A stretch of 64,000 nt of DNA from positions 26,846,001 to 26,910,000 of the forward strand of contig CP158635.1 in the NCBI GenBank assembly GCA_050273025.1, written 5' to 3'. How positions within the stretch are numbered: position 1 is the stretch's first letter; each line of letters begins with the position of its first letter. The DNA comes from Cenococcum geophilum. Lineage: Eukaryota. Positions 1 through 12,525 of this stretch are shown one piece after another. The notes beneath the pieces are model-generated. The model had not been told where the DNA came from, did no database searches, and saw nothing but the letters and a program-made list of their open reading frames with translations. The translations under genes and the position numbers were made by a program.

Positions 1-627
1 GCCTTTATAATAGCTAAGGAGAAGGCTAACTTTAAGCTCGCAAAACAGCTCTAAAAGGAAGGTTATATTATAACCCCTAAAGCTTCTTTCTAAGCATCTA
101 ATAAGTAGGAGATTGATAGTCTTATTATAAGAGGAGTTTTTAAATTTAAGAAGTATAACCTTACTAAGTTTAATGGAGTTCGTATCTTTAAGTTAAGAAT
201 AGTTAACAAGATTAAGGGTAAAGCTACTAATACCTTATTTAAGAAATTAAGGCTTATTATCTAAGGCTACAATAATAATAGTAAGGAGGTAATTCTTATA
301 TAATCTTTTATAATTTAACAAGCTAGTTAGTAAGTTATTATTATACTAGCTTTCTCCTTAATAAAGAACGGAATAGCGGTTTATTTATAAGATATTACTT
401 AGGCCTACACCTAATTAAAGACGTACCTTTAGCGCTTAATACTAGCATACCTTTTAGAGTAAATTCGCTACTAATATCCCAAAAATATAATTATAGTTAT
501 ACTTAAGCCATTATATGGAATTGCAGAGGTAGAAATTTATTAGTAGGCTACCTATAACAAGCACTATAAAGAGAAGCTTTTAATAACTACTTCTATATTT
601 AATCTATACTTCCTTATTATAACTATA

Positions 628-2859
628 CATCGGCAAAATATTATCCCTTGTAAATGACCTCAGCTGCTAAAAGTTGGTGTCGTTGGCGGGCCATTAAGGG
701 CATTAACTAACTTGACAAACCAGTCTATATTGAGTTCATTTGACACGCAGCCTGCGCGCAGCCTATATATAGCCTACGTAACCTACGCAACCTACGTAAC
801 CTGCGCAACCTATATAACTTATAATTTTAGATAATAAAGGCTACTTTAAAGCCGTTTATAAAGCTATTAAGATAAATTATATATACTTCTTTATATAATC
901 TATTATATCTATATCTACTACCTATCTACATTATCTACCTATCTATATTACCTACCTATCTATATTACCTACTTATCTACATTACCTACCTATCTACATC
1001 GCCTACCTATTTACATTGTCTACTTATCTATATTGTCTACCTATCTATATTACCTACCTATTTACATTACCTACCTATCTGCATTACCTACTTATTTACA
1101 TTATCTACCTATCTATATTGCCTACCTATCTGCATCGTCTATTGGTCTATATCGTCTACCTATCTATATTACCTACCTGTCTATATTACCTACCTATCTA
1201 TATCGCCTACCTATCTATATCGCCTACCTATCTATATCGCCTACCTATCTATATTGTCTACCTATCTACATTATTTACCTATTTATATCTGCCTATAGTG
1301 TCTAATTTAATTCGGGGGAGAGGTCGGCCCAATTAAAGGCTCTAATTAATTCGAATCGTTCTCTATAGCCGTTTACTGGCTATATATTCGAATAGTGGTT
1401 ATCTAAGGTGCCTCCCTAGGAGGCCTTAATTCGATTTAATTCGGTAATAGGCTCTAAATTAATTCAATTAATCGATTAAATCGTTTGTGGTGTTCGCTGG
1501 CTAGTTATTTAAACGGTTGTCGTCTGGTTCTAGTAATAGTCGTCTACTAGTTCTAGCGATGGTTATCTAGTTTTAGCGACGGTTATCTAGTTCTGGCGAC
1601 GGTTATCTAGTTCTGGCGACGGTCGTCTAGTTTTAGTAACGGTCGTCTAGTTCTGGCGACAGTTATCTGGTTCTAACGACGGTTATCTAGTTCTGGCGAC
1701 ATTCGTCTAGTTCTAGCGACGGTTATGGTTCTAGCGACAGTCGTCTAGTTCTAGCGACGGTCGTCTAGTTCTGGCGACGGTTGTCTAGTTTTGGCGACGG
1801 TTGTCTAGTTCTGGTGACGGTTGTAGTTCTAGCGACAGTTATCTAGTTTTGGCGACGGTTGTCTAGTTCTAGCGACAGTCGTCTAGTTCTAGTAACGGTC
1901 CTTTCCTACCTACCTACCTGCCTGCTTATCTACTTGTCTGCCTACCTACTTATTTATTTACCTACCTACCTACCTACCTACCTACCTACCTATCTACCTG
2001 CCTACGTTAGTGTCTGGTTTAATTTAGGGGAGGAGTTGGCCTAATTAAAGGCTCTTATTAATTCGAATCGTTCTCTATAGCTGTTTGCTAGCTATATATT
2101 TAAACAGTAATCGTTTAGGGTGCCTCCCTAGGAAGTCTTAATTCGATTTAGTAACGGGCCAATATTAAAGCTTTAGTTTAATTCGATCGATTAATTAATT
2201 AAATCGTTTGTGGTGTTTGCTAGCTAGTTATTTAAACGGTCGTCGTTTGGTTTTAGCGACAGTTATCTAGTCTTAGTGACGGTTGTCTAGTTCTGGCGAC
2301 GGTTATCTAGTTTTAGTAACGGTTGTCTAGTTCTGGCAACGGTTATCTAGTTCTAATAATGGTCCTCTACTAGCTGCCGTTCTAGTACCTCTTAAGGTAG
2401 GGAGGATATAAGGAAGGGTAAAAAATAAGGTGGCTATAAAGGGGGTAACTTGGTAGAGGTATGTGCGGGGACCCAATATAGAGCTTTATATAGAGCCTTA
2501 TATAGAGCCTTATATAGAGCTTTATATAGAGCCTTTATCGTAAAGCTTTATATAGAGCTTTATGTAGAGCCTCTTAAATATATAACTTAAAAATAATCTA
2601 TTATATTACCTTAATTGTATATTACAGAATATATAAGTTAGTTAACTATATATTATTTAACTTTTAAATATATTAAGTTGGTTAATTATAGGTTAATTAC
2701 AGGTCAATTACGTGTTATTTAACTTTTAAATATGTCAAGTTGGTTAACTGCGTGTTATTTGACTTTTAAATATATTAAGTTGGTTAACTGCATATTAATT
2801 ACGCGAAACGCGCTTAACAAAGTCGACTTAAAACCCAGCCTACGAATATTTTCCCGATA
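628..2859. mobile_element. Non-autonomous TIR element, CATCGG family copy 1 (2232 bp)
   Basis: Termini CATCGGCAAAATATT / AATATTTTCCCGATA, 2-bp TSD TA (626-627, 2860-2861). Excising it restores the copia frame. Interior is CTAC-rich microsatellite, ~21-bp and ~12-bp tandem arrays. Confidence 0.85.
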
Positions 2860-3077
2860 TAGAAACCCTATTCGGAATTATCGGTATATAAACTAATAAT
2901 ATAATTATCTTAGGAGACGCCTAATTCTTAGCTCTTAAAGAAGATAAGCTAGTAAAGGCAAATCTTATAGCAAAGCTAAAGGAAAAGCTTAATTTAATAA
3001 CACTATTACTTTTTAATGGATGTATCATCTCCCTAAATAAGGATTTTATTACTTTACGCTAGAAGGGCCAAGGTAAG

Positions 3078-3498
3078 TGTTACGGACGCTTTAAGTACGA
3101 TATTACGACTACTTAGAGAGGAGTTAGAAGAAGCTAGTTAGTTAATATAAGTACGGTCTAGGATAGAACCCATAGAACCATGTGACGAGGAATCGTAGCT
3201 AAGGTCACATAAGGTGCTATATAAGGAACGCGAGGAATAAAGGGAACTTACGTACCTTATATATAACACGTATATTATATATAAGGAGGATTTTATAGGA
3301 GTACGGTTATATATTTAAGGACCTTTAGTCCCTACCTAGATAGTTTCTTCCTTATAGTAATTCTCAGAATACAATTAGAGTTAATCTATTAGGCAACTAC
3401 TCTACTAGTTATTATTACGTTATTAACTTACTTGCAATACCTATATACCTAGCCTATTAACAAGTCTACCGTAGTTTCTACTACAAAGCTCCGTTACA
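3078..3498 (+). repeat. 5' LTR of gypsy element
   Basis: TGTTACGG...CCGTTACA; repeated at 16924-17344. Confidence 0.95.
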
Positions 3499-6238
3499 CA
3501 ATTACTACCACAGTTACGGTTTTAATAAGTTAAATAATATACTACCAAAAGCAGCCACTATAACGCCGTTAACGGCAGTAACCACTTTAAGGTTAAGTAG
3601 AGATACAAGTATATAAGATACTAACTCGTAACTAGTTACGGTTAGGCAGTTATAGGAAATTATTAATAAGTTAAACGAGAACAACCAAATACTTAAAGAA
3701 AGACTTAATAGAATTAGAGTAGTAAAGGTTAAGTTACCTTTAATTAAATAATTCTTAGGAGAGAGATCGAAGCTTAAAGGATTCTTAATGTAAATATATT
3801 TTAAAGTCATGCAAGAAGGGGCTAAGTTAGCCATAATAATGGATCAAATAGCCTACGCAGGACTATTCTTATTAGGAAGGGCACTTAAATAATTTAAACC
3901 CTACTTAACGGAAATATAGACTAATAAAATAACTACTACTAATTAAGAGGTACGATTTGTATTTTTTAGCTAGGTAGGATTCGCGGAATGATTAATATAG
4001 ATATTTAGGGACCTAGAAGCAACAACTATAGTAAAGAGAAAGCTTTAGGACCTAACACAGCGAACTTTAGTAATTAAGTACACGATATAGTTTTAAACAC
4101 TTGCTATATAGGTCGAATGGAATAATAGGGCGCTTATGGCACAGTATAAATAGGGATTTAAGGCTAAAGTCTAGGACGTAATTATTCTAATAGAAAATGC
4201 GGATACCCTAAAGGAATTAATAGATTAAGCAATTAAGATTAATAATAGGATCTTCTAAAGGGAACAGGCTAAGAGAGGCTAGGATAGAGTTCTATAGTTA
4301 TATAAGATATAGAGCACGCAATAACTAAAGCTAAGTTAGAAACTATAGTATAGCGCAGAGCTAATAGACCTAAGTAGTACTAAAGAAACCTATAAGAGAT
4401 AGAGTAAAAAACTATAGAAACCTAGAGGTTAAGGATTAAGTAATTATAGGACTAAGGAGCATAGGCTAAACTAAGGATTTTAGCAGTAGAAGATGTTTAA
4501 GCGGACTCTATAGCAAAAGCAATAGTTTAAAGATAGAGCTTATATAAATTGCGGAAAATAGGGTTATTTCGCTAGAGACTATAGAAGTGGTTAGAGTTAT
4601 TACGTAGTAAAGGGAATTAGACTAATAGTATATAACACATATATATAGAGGGACAATAGTATACTACAAGGAACAAAGGAATATTTAATTAGAAGTTTTA
4701 CGTTTTATTATAATAATATATACCAAATTTATAAAGACGCTAAGTATAGTGTAAGCTATTAGCCACAGGAGCTAAAGTTAAGAGGACTTAAAGGAACTAA
4801 AGAGTTAGATAAAGAATAAGATTAACTCTATAAGCTAAATTAAGATATTACAGTAACGTGCGGATAATAATTAATAATAATAACAATAGAGTTAGAGTAC
4901 TTATTAATTAACAGCGATAAGAATAGTAAAGGAATTAACTAGGGGTATCTAAACCTTAATAATGTAATAAAAGCAGAGACTGAGACTGCTATAGAGTAAG
5001 GTTTAGTAACGGGTATTATAATACCGTTGGATACGGTATTTATTGCTTTATAAGACGGAAGGAGTAATATCTAGAGACAATTAAGCAAGTAAACGACTGC
5101 TAGTGCTAGCTTACTACTTGATAAAGGTAAAAGGCCAAAGGCTTAAGATTCTTAAGACGAGATAAGAGACGACTAAGATTCTTAAGACGAGATAAGGTAA
5201 GCTTAAGGACCTATAATAGACGCAAACCAATAGAGTAGAGTAATAGCTTAGTTTAGTAATATATAAATAAGCTTAGGACGAAGTTTCCTAATAGCATAAG
5301 ATTCTTAAGATAAGATAAGAATACTAGTAAAGCCTAGTTAGACTAAGGCTAAAGCGCAGCTTAAGAAAGAAGCAAGCTTAGGATTAAAGAATTTAAGGGG
5401 TTAAGAATTTAGAGTATAAATAAAGACACCTATAAGTAAGAAGTAAGGAGCTTCTTTATAGATTAGAGAATCTATAATATAAACAGCAGTTAGATTAGGA
5501 GACAAGTATATAGACCTAGAAGACTTACTAGGCAAATATAGTGTTTAATCTAAAGATTAAAAAGTTAATACAGTGATTAAGAAGTAAGAAAACTTTAAGG
5601 ATCTAGTTGCAAGACGTAAACTAAAAAAAACTATAGAAGAATTTAGAGCAAGAATTATCGCATAGTAAGAAAAGAAATTAGATATAAGATCTAGCACATT
5701 AGGATATATAAAGGACAGAGCACTAGTATAAAGAATTACTAATAGGCTAAGAACGGGTATACTAAGAGCCAAGTAGCTTACTAAATTGGAATACGAAGAG
5801 GATCTAGGGATTTCTACCAGATTTGAAGAACGACATATAAAGGGCTGTTATAATGTAGTAATAAGAAGATACTTCCTTATAGATAAGCTGTATACACTCC
5901 AGCAGCTGTACTAAAAGTGGTATAAGCAACGACATAATAATAAGTAGGAAGATTTCTATATATAGTTAGACGAAAAAGTTATTTAAAACTACCTAATTAT
6001 AGAGAAAGTAATAAATTATATTAAGGGAGCCTTAATTATAATATTAAAGGATCTAGAGAAACGATTAGAGGACTAGAGAAGTAAGAGACGTATCTTAGTA
6101 CCTACGAATAAAATCGTAACGTTTAGATTAGTATAATAAAGGTTTAAACTTAAAGATAAAAATAAGCTAAGAGTTAACCTAAAGCACCTAGTATACTATA
6201 CGCTATTATAGATCGCATGCGTAGATAATATATATAAG

Positions 6239-9200
6239 TGTTAGTACCAATTTAATAGTATAAGTGAGTCGTGTCTAGGGGCACGAAATACGTATAGTAT
6301 CGTATGCTGATTTAGACGGTGGTGACTAACTCTTATATTGAAGCAGACTACGGGGTCTATATACTAATACGCCTCCCCTAATTAGTCAGTGCCTTATAAG
6401 CAGATGGTTGGTGCATCAACGCATAAGCAGTTGGTACACCGAACGCGTAAACGCGTACTTGGTGTACCAAGCGCGTAAGCACGTGGCTTATATAACAGGT
6501 GCTATAATCAGACACTGGCGATACTTAAAAAATAGAACCACCTATATACAGCCTCCGTAATTGCTTTAATAAAACTATAAAACGCAAAAGAAAATACATA
6601 GGAAATCTCCCCCAAGGTACCGTCTAGGCTACTTTCCAAACGGTGCTTTAAGCTGGTCGTAGGTCCACCAAGTTCCACCGTAGCTTTCCACCGTTTTCCA
6701 CCTATACCGTATAACGAGCCGTACAGCCCTCCAACGGGCCGTAGACATACCATAGGTGCGTCGTTAGTCCCATTCCACCCATTCTGTGACTTCTAGGTTA
6801 AGCTTATTCGTATTAATTAGGGTTTTAAGGGCTTAACACGGCTTTGCCTTAGTCATAGCGTCTACTAGGTTATTTCCGCCGCTAATCCATTTAACCTCTA
6901 TAATCTCACGTCGTTTATAGGCCTAATATAAGCACATTAGGTCGACCATAAGCCTCTTCTCTTATGTCGTACCTAGCTTGACTAAGCAGTCGTAAAGGGA
7001 CTTTAAATCGGTATATAAGACCAGGGGTAACTGCTCCAGTTATAGGATCTTCTAGACTATTAATTTAATTGCGGCTGCTATATTAAAGCTATAAGCTAGT
7101 ATATATAGTTCGGAAGCTAGAACGCTACGGGTTACTTATTTATACTTAATTAAAGACTAATACAGTATATTTACGTCCTAGTTACGGTCCGTAAGTACAA
7201 GTACAAAACCGATTTATAATAATAGGTCCCTATTATTAGCGAAGGAGGCGTCCATAAATACCAGTAGGCTAAGGGAGTTTAGGTCTAGTGGTACAAAAGT
7301 AAGTCCCCTTGTTGCATTTTCAATTTGCCACTAAATGCGCTTATTAAGCTGCTTAACATTTTCCTCTTACGGATTTACTGCCTGGGCCGCAAAGGACAAA
7401 TCGTAGGCAGATTCAGGTTAACAGACCGTGGCAATATAGGCGCCTCTTGCGCGCTATACAACGTATTAGTCCTTTATATTTACGGTCTTACGGGTCTCTC
7501 CACGGAAGCTGGTAAGGTCTATAGGCCTTACTATAATAGGCCTTAAGTTTTAAGCTTGGCGTTCCTAAGTTAGCTTAATTAGGTTGCCCTTTTAGGTAAT
7601 TAAGCCTCCATTAAACTTAATTAGATTTTGCTTAGTTAGCTACTCTTACGGCTTTACTAAGAACTTTACCTTTTATAGTTTAGTCTCTTCAGCATCCATA
7701 AAGGTTTGGTCTGCTAGAAAAAGGGTATTATCTATTTAGAGTCTAACAATACCAAGGCCATTTAATTGGGTGTATAGGAGGCAGGGGTTGTAGGTCGACT
7801 GTTCCATTTTAAGTCTACTAACATAGTGCTAGTAGTACGTCTTAAACCAGTAGTTCCCGGCTTCCGGTACTCCATAAAGAGGTTTTATAACCCATAAAAT
7901 TGTTCCTAGTTGTAGGTTAAGCTCACAGGGTAGTCATATAAAGATGTCTCTGCTTAGGTAGGTACTAGACTACACATAGGCTTATAAAATGTCCCGTAAG
8001 TACAAAGCTACAGGTTTAATTTGCTGTAGGCTAGGTATAAGTACAAGTATAATCCGTTGGCTGACTCATTAAATCATAGGCGATTGCATAAGGACTAAGT
8101 CCTTTCCTTAGTCGTTATAAGCTTATATAACGAGCCTTAACTTTTTAAAGGCTTTGTCAGTACCAGGGTGCTTAATTTTATTAATAAAGCGTAAGTTAAA
8201 TATACGGACGCCTTACGGAATATCCTTTTCTACTATAACTATAAAGACGCCTTTCTCAAGTAGTCCGTTAATCTCTTTACGTCATAAGGCCGTGAACGGG
8301 GCTTCCTATACTAGAACTAATATATCCGTATACGGAGATTACCTTACAGGTATACCTACGGAGCTTACGGATATGCCTGCGGAGCTTACGGATATGCCTA
8401 CGGAGGTTATATAGTTCTCCGTTACAGGGTTCTTATTTACGGGGTACTTCTAGAGGCGTCCTTAACCGCGCTTTATAGTCGGCTTAATAGGTTTAGTAAG
8501 TTCCTTAGGGACTTCTAGGGTAGACAGGGGTGCTTCTAATTCGTTTGGTTCGGCGGTTGCTTCTAGTTCGTCTAGCTCAACGTTATAGGTATTTTCGGGC
8601 CGAAAGTAGGGTTTTACGGACGTGCTTCTAAACCTAGTTAGCCCACTAGGGAGCTATACGCAGCATATCTCGTTTTCCACAGCCAGTAAACAGTAGGGTT
8701 CGGTCCACTTACCACTTTTACGCCATATAAGGACTTCAGAGTTAAGCGGGAGGTCGTGTACTAAGGTCGTGTTAAGTCCGTTGCGGTAGTATAGGGCGTT
8801 ATTAATAGCTTATTTAGCCCGTAGTTTAACTATCTCGGCTATTACCTTCCGTATTGTAGCTGCTTATTCCGTAATAGACGGGGCAGGGGGGTCTAGGTTA
8901 CTTATCCTTAAGTAGGCTCCGTAGACCAAGAGGGTAGGTACCAGTCCGTTAAGGCTAGTAGTGTTATTAACGGCTTTTACGGCCATCTATAAAGCCAGTT
9001 CCTTTTAGATATTCTTATACTCGTTTGTAATAATCTAGTAAGCTCTCCATAAAGCTAAGTAAGCTTACTTAATAAGCCCAATAAACTAGTGCGCCTTAAC
9101 TAAAACGGCTTTTGTTAATATAGCTATAGCTATAGCATATTACTGGAATTCCTTACTAATAAAGTTCCTACCAGCATCGTGGGTGATATACTTAGGAGGC

Positions 9201-12200
9201 CTAAGGTATATATTAATCCAGCAGGTCTATAAAATGTCCCAAGTATATTTTGCGGATATATTTTATAACTAACAGGCGGCTTAATAGCGGGTTGCCTCGT
9301 CAATTATATATAATACTAGACTGCCGTTAATATACATAATATCCACGTATACTAAGTGGTTAAAATTAAGGTCCTTATAAAGGGTAAACTTAAATCTGCC
9401 TAGGGAACGTCCGTATTTCTAGCAGAAAGAGCAGTATTTAGTTAGGTAGTCGATTGCCTTCCTATTAACGTTGTCGTGTCTAAAACGTTTAAGGACTCTA
9501 TATAGCTTTTCAGCTAACAGGTGGCCGAAGCGGCGGTGCAGGCAGTGGATCTCAGTACTAGTAAGGTAATACGGGTTATAGTTAAAAGACTCTTAAATAT
9601 ACGTCCGTAAGGTCTCTCCCTATATAAGGAACGGGTGTCCAAATCATTGTATAATTAGCAGGGTAACGTATTTACTTCCTAGGGCAGTTGCTAGGCCAAT
9701 TAGGGTGTCCGTAACGTTATTATAGTACACTTATAACCTATCCATATCTATAAGACAGAGTAGGAAGGGGGTATCCACTTTTACTACGTGGAATTTAACT
9801 AGGCTAATTAGAGTCTTAACTACAATTAATCCAATTAATACGGTTAAGCCGATACCAAACTAGACGTTTACGGCCCCAGTCTGCGTAGTGTTAATATCCG
9901 CATTATTATTTATAGTGGCCTTATATACAAGGTATTGCCCATAGCCTGCGGTAGACTTCTTAAAGGCACCTATATCAATCATAACGCCGTAGAATTCCTT
10001 AGGGGTATAGCGTTCTATAGTGATATATGCAAATAGGTCCTATTTATAGTCCGTAACGTCCATAACGGGGGTACTTACGGAATAGTTTTTAGGCGCAACT
10101 AAGTGTATAAAGGAACGGTTGGCTAATATGGTTATAATATTAAAGGCTTGGCTGTCCGTAAAAGGTCCAAAAGTGGTTAGGAATATCTCTAAGGTCTCTC
10201 GTTCCTAAGCGTCTAATTCAAAGTTAATTATAAGGGCTTTTATTAACTTATTAGGGGGCTCTTCTGCTTCCTCTCCTTTATATTCCAAAATAAACTAGTT
10301 AATACGGTTATTAAGTCTCTTCCTAGACTTATTACGTTCTTCCTAGGTATACCTTATAGACTAATATCCTTCCTTACCGCACATAAAGCACTTCTAGCTG
10401 GTTTGTCTGCGGGGGTATGTTTTTATACGGGGGTTACTACGGGGGTTACAGGTAGGACTTGGTCGGTACAGGTGCTGCTAGCGGTAGCGGCGGTCCATAA
10501 AGTAGATGTCTAAGTCTGTTTATGGATATTAAATATCCGTAGTAAAGGCTTAAGTATTGCCTAGTGGGTTTAAGACTTTGTATATTATAATAGAGGAGCA
10601 TAAATCATTAATAAGGCCAGCTAAGGTATCTGCAGGCTTATAATAGGCGTACTTATAGGGCTCTACTTCCTAGTAGGCCGTAATGAGTTTATTATACAGG
10701 AAGTCGTCTGTTCGAAGCTTGGCGTTAAGGCCGTGCTGTAGATACCAGAGGTCCTTAATAAGTATTTGCAGACACTCTATAATCGATTTTTCGGTATTCT
10801 TGTCAATTACGGTCCGTAGCTTAGTTGCATTCCATTAGGTAAGGATATCACACTTATATTCTAGTCCTTTAAAGTAGTTGTATATAGCTTCGCATAGCTT
10901 ATTAAAGGGAACACTAAGGGGTTTGCTCTTAAGGTTAGTGTAGTAGTAGTTAAGGGCTAGGCCGCGCAGTATAGTTAAGTAGGCTTAGCTAAGTGCCTAT
11001 TTAGGAATATCAGCCTTCTAACAGAGGTCCGTAAAGATGGTCAGTTTAAAGTCAAAATTATCATTTTCACCGCTATATTTAGACTCGTCGGTATAGAGCT
11101 TAGCTAGGTTAGCTAGCTCCTTACTATAGGTCTTTACTTAGGTGGGTTACGGATCTGTGACTTACGGATTTATAGCTTACGGATATATAGCTTGCGGATT
11201 TATAGCCTGCGGATATATAGCTTGCAAATCTATAGCTTGCGGATATGTAGCTTACGGATCTGTAGCTTGCGGATATATAGCTTGCGGATCTGTGGCTTAA
11301 ATAACAAAAGTAATCTAGTCCGTATTTTGGGTTACGGGGGTATTATAGTCCATAGCTTAGGTATTAGGTGTATTTTAGCCAGTAAGGTTAGTTCTAAAGC
11401 CGCTTATATTTATAGGACAAATTTGGTTAAGTGGGTCAGGTATAAGGCCAGCAATTACATTAAGTTTAGGACAAGTAAAGAGTTCCTTAGTAGTGTTGTA
11501 CTTGTCTAGGAGTTCTTCCTTAGTCCATTCTATTTGGTCCTCCTTATATATTATGTTATATAGGGACTGTATAATAGTGACTCGTTTATTCCTTTTAACC
11601 CATACGCCTTAGTCACGTAGGAGGGTCCATAGGTTGCGGATGGTGGTAGGGTTGCATACTTTAAAGATAGCCTCCGTAAAGTCCGCGAAGTCCTCCTAGT
11701 ATTGCTCCTATAGGTTAACGTTCATAAACTTAAAGTATCCGTACTCAAGGGTTTTGAATTTAATGTAGTTGTTAACATCAGGTATAGACGTAAGGTCGAC
11801 TCCCTGCCTCTACTTGTCCTAACCTTTATTAACTTGCTTTCTAATATCTACTATACTTATATAGGGTAGTACGTAGCAGGTAGAAGGGTCTTATAGTTAT
11901 CCGTAAAGGTAGTTAATAGGTCCGTAACGGTTTATAAAAGGGTAAAAGGTCTCCATAAGGGGTCAGAGAGGAGGCCGGGGTATTAAGGTAGGGTATAGTA
12001 AGGGTCAGGGTTCAAGGTGGTCGCGTTAACTACTAGTACAGTAGTTAATATATCTGATTAAGGTGGAGCGTAAATGTCTTCCAAAATCAGGGTAGATTCA
12101 GGGTAGTTCTAGATAAGGTAGAGCGTCAGACGTCTTCCAAATCTAGAGTACTTTAATTCTCTTTAACTAAAATAGGGGCTTGCAAGGTGAAGCGTAAACA

Positions 12201-12525
12201 TCTTCTAAGCGAGTGCGTATTTCCTAATCTGTGCGCGCTCACTAATCAGTATTAGTACCAATTTAATGGTATAAGTAAGTCGTGTCTAGGGGCACGAAAT
12301 ACGTATAGTATCGTATGCTAATTTAGACGGTGGTAACTAACTCTTATATTGAAGCAGACTACGGGGTCTATATACTAATACGCCTCCCCTAATTAGTCAG
12401 TGCCTTATAAGCAGATAGTTGGTGCACCGACGCGTAAGCAGTTAGTACACCGAACGCGTAAACGCGTACTTGGTGTACCAAGCGCGTAAGCACGCGGCTT
12501 GTACAACAGGTGCTGTAATTAGACA
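6239..12525 (-). mobile_element. Ty1/copia retrotransposon B, full length, RIP-inactivated, nested in the gypsy
   Basis: 276-bp LTRs at 6239-6514 and 12250-12525, TSD ATAAG. The minus strand shows gag, GIMIDTGA-like protease (~9970), LHRRFGH integrase zinc finger (~9530), RT KPLYGVPEAGNHW (~7870) and RNase H, in copia order. Confidence 0.95.

Noticed and set aside
1016..1336. Tyr/Leu-rich ORFs (also 1859-2044 and 42306-42632)
   Set aside because: CTAC/CTAT microsatellite translations.
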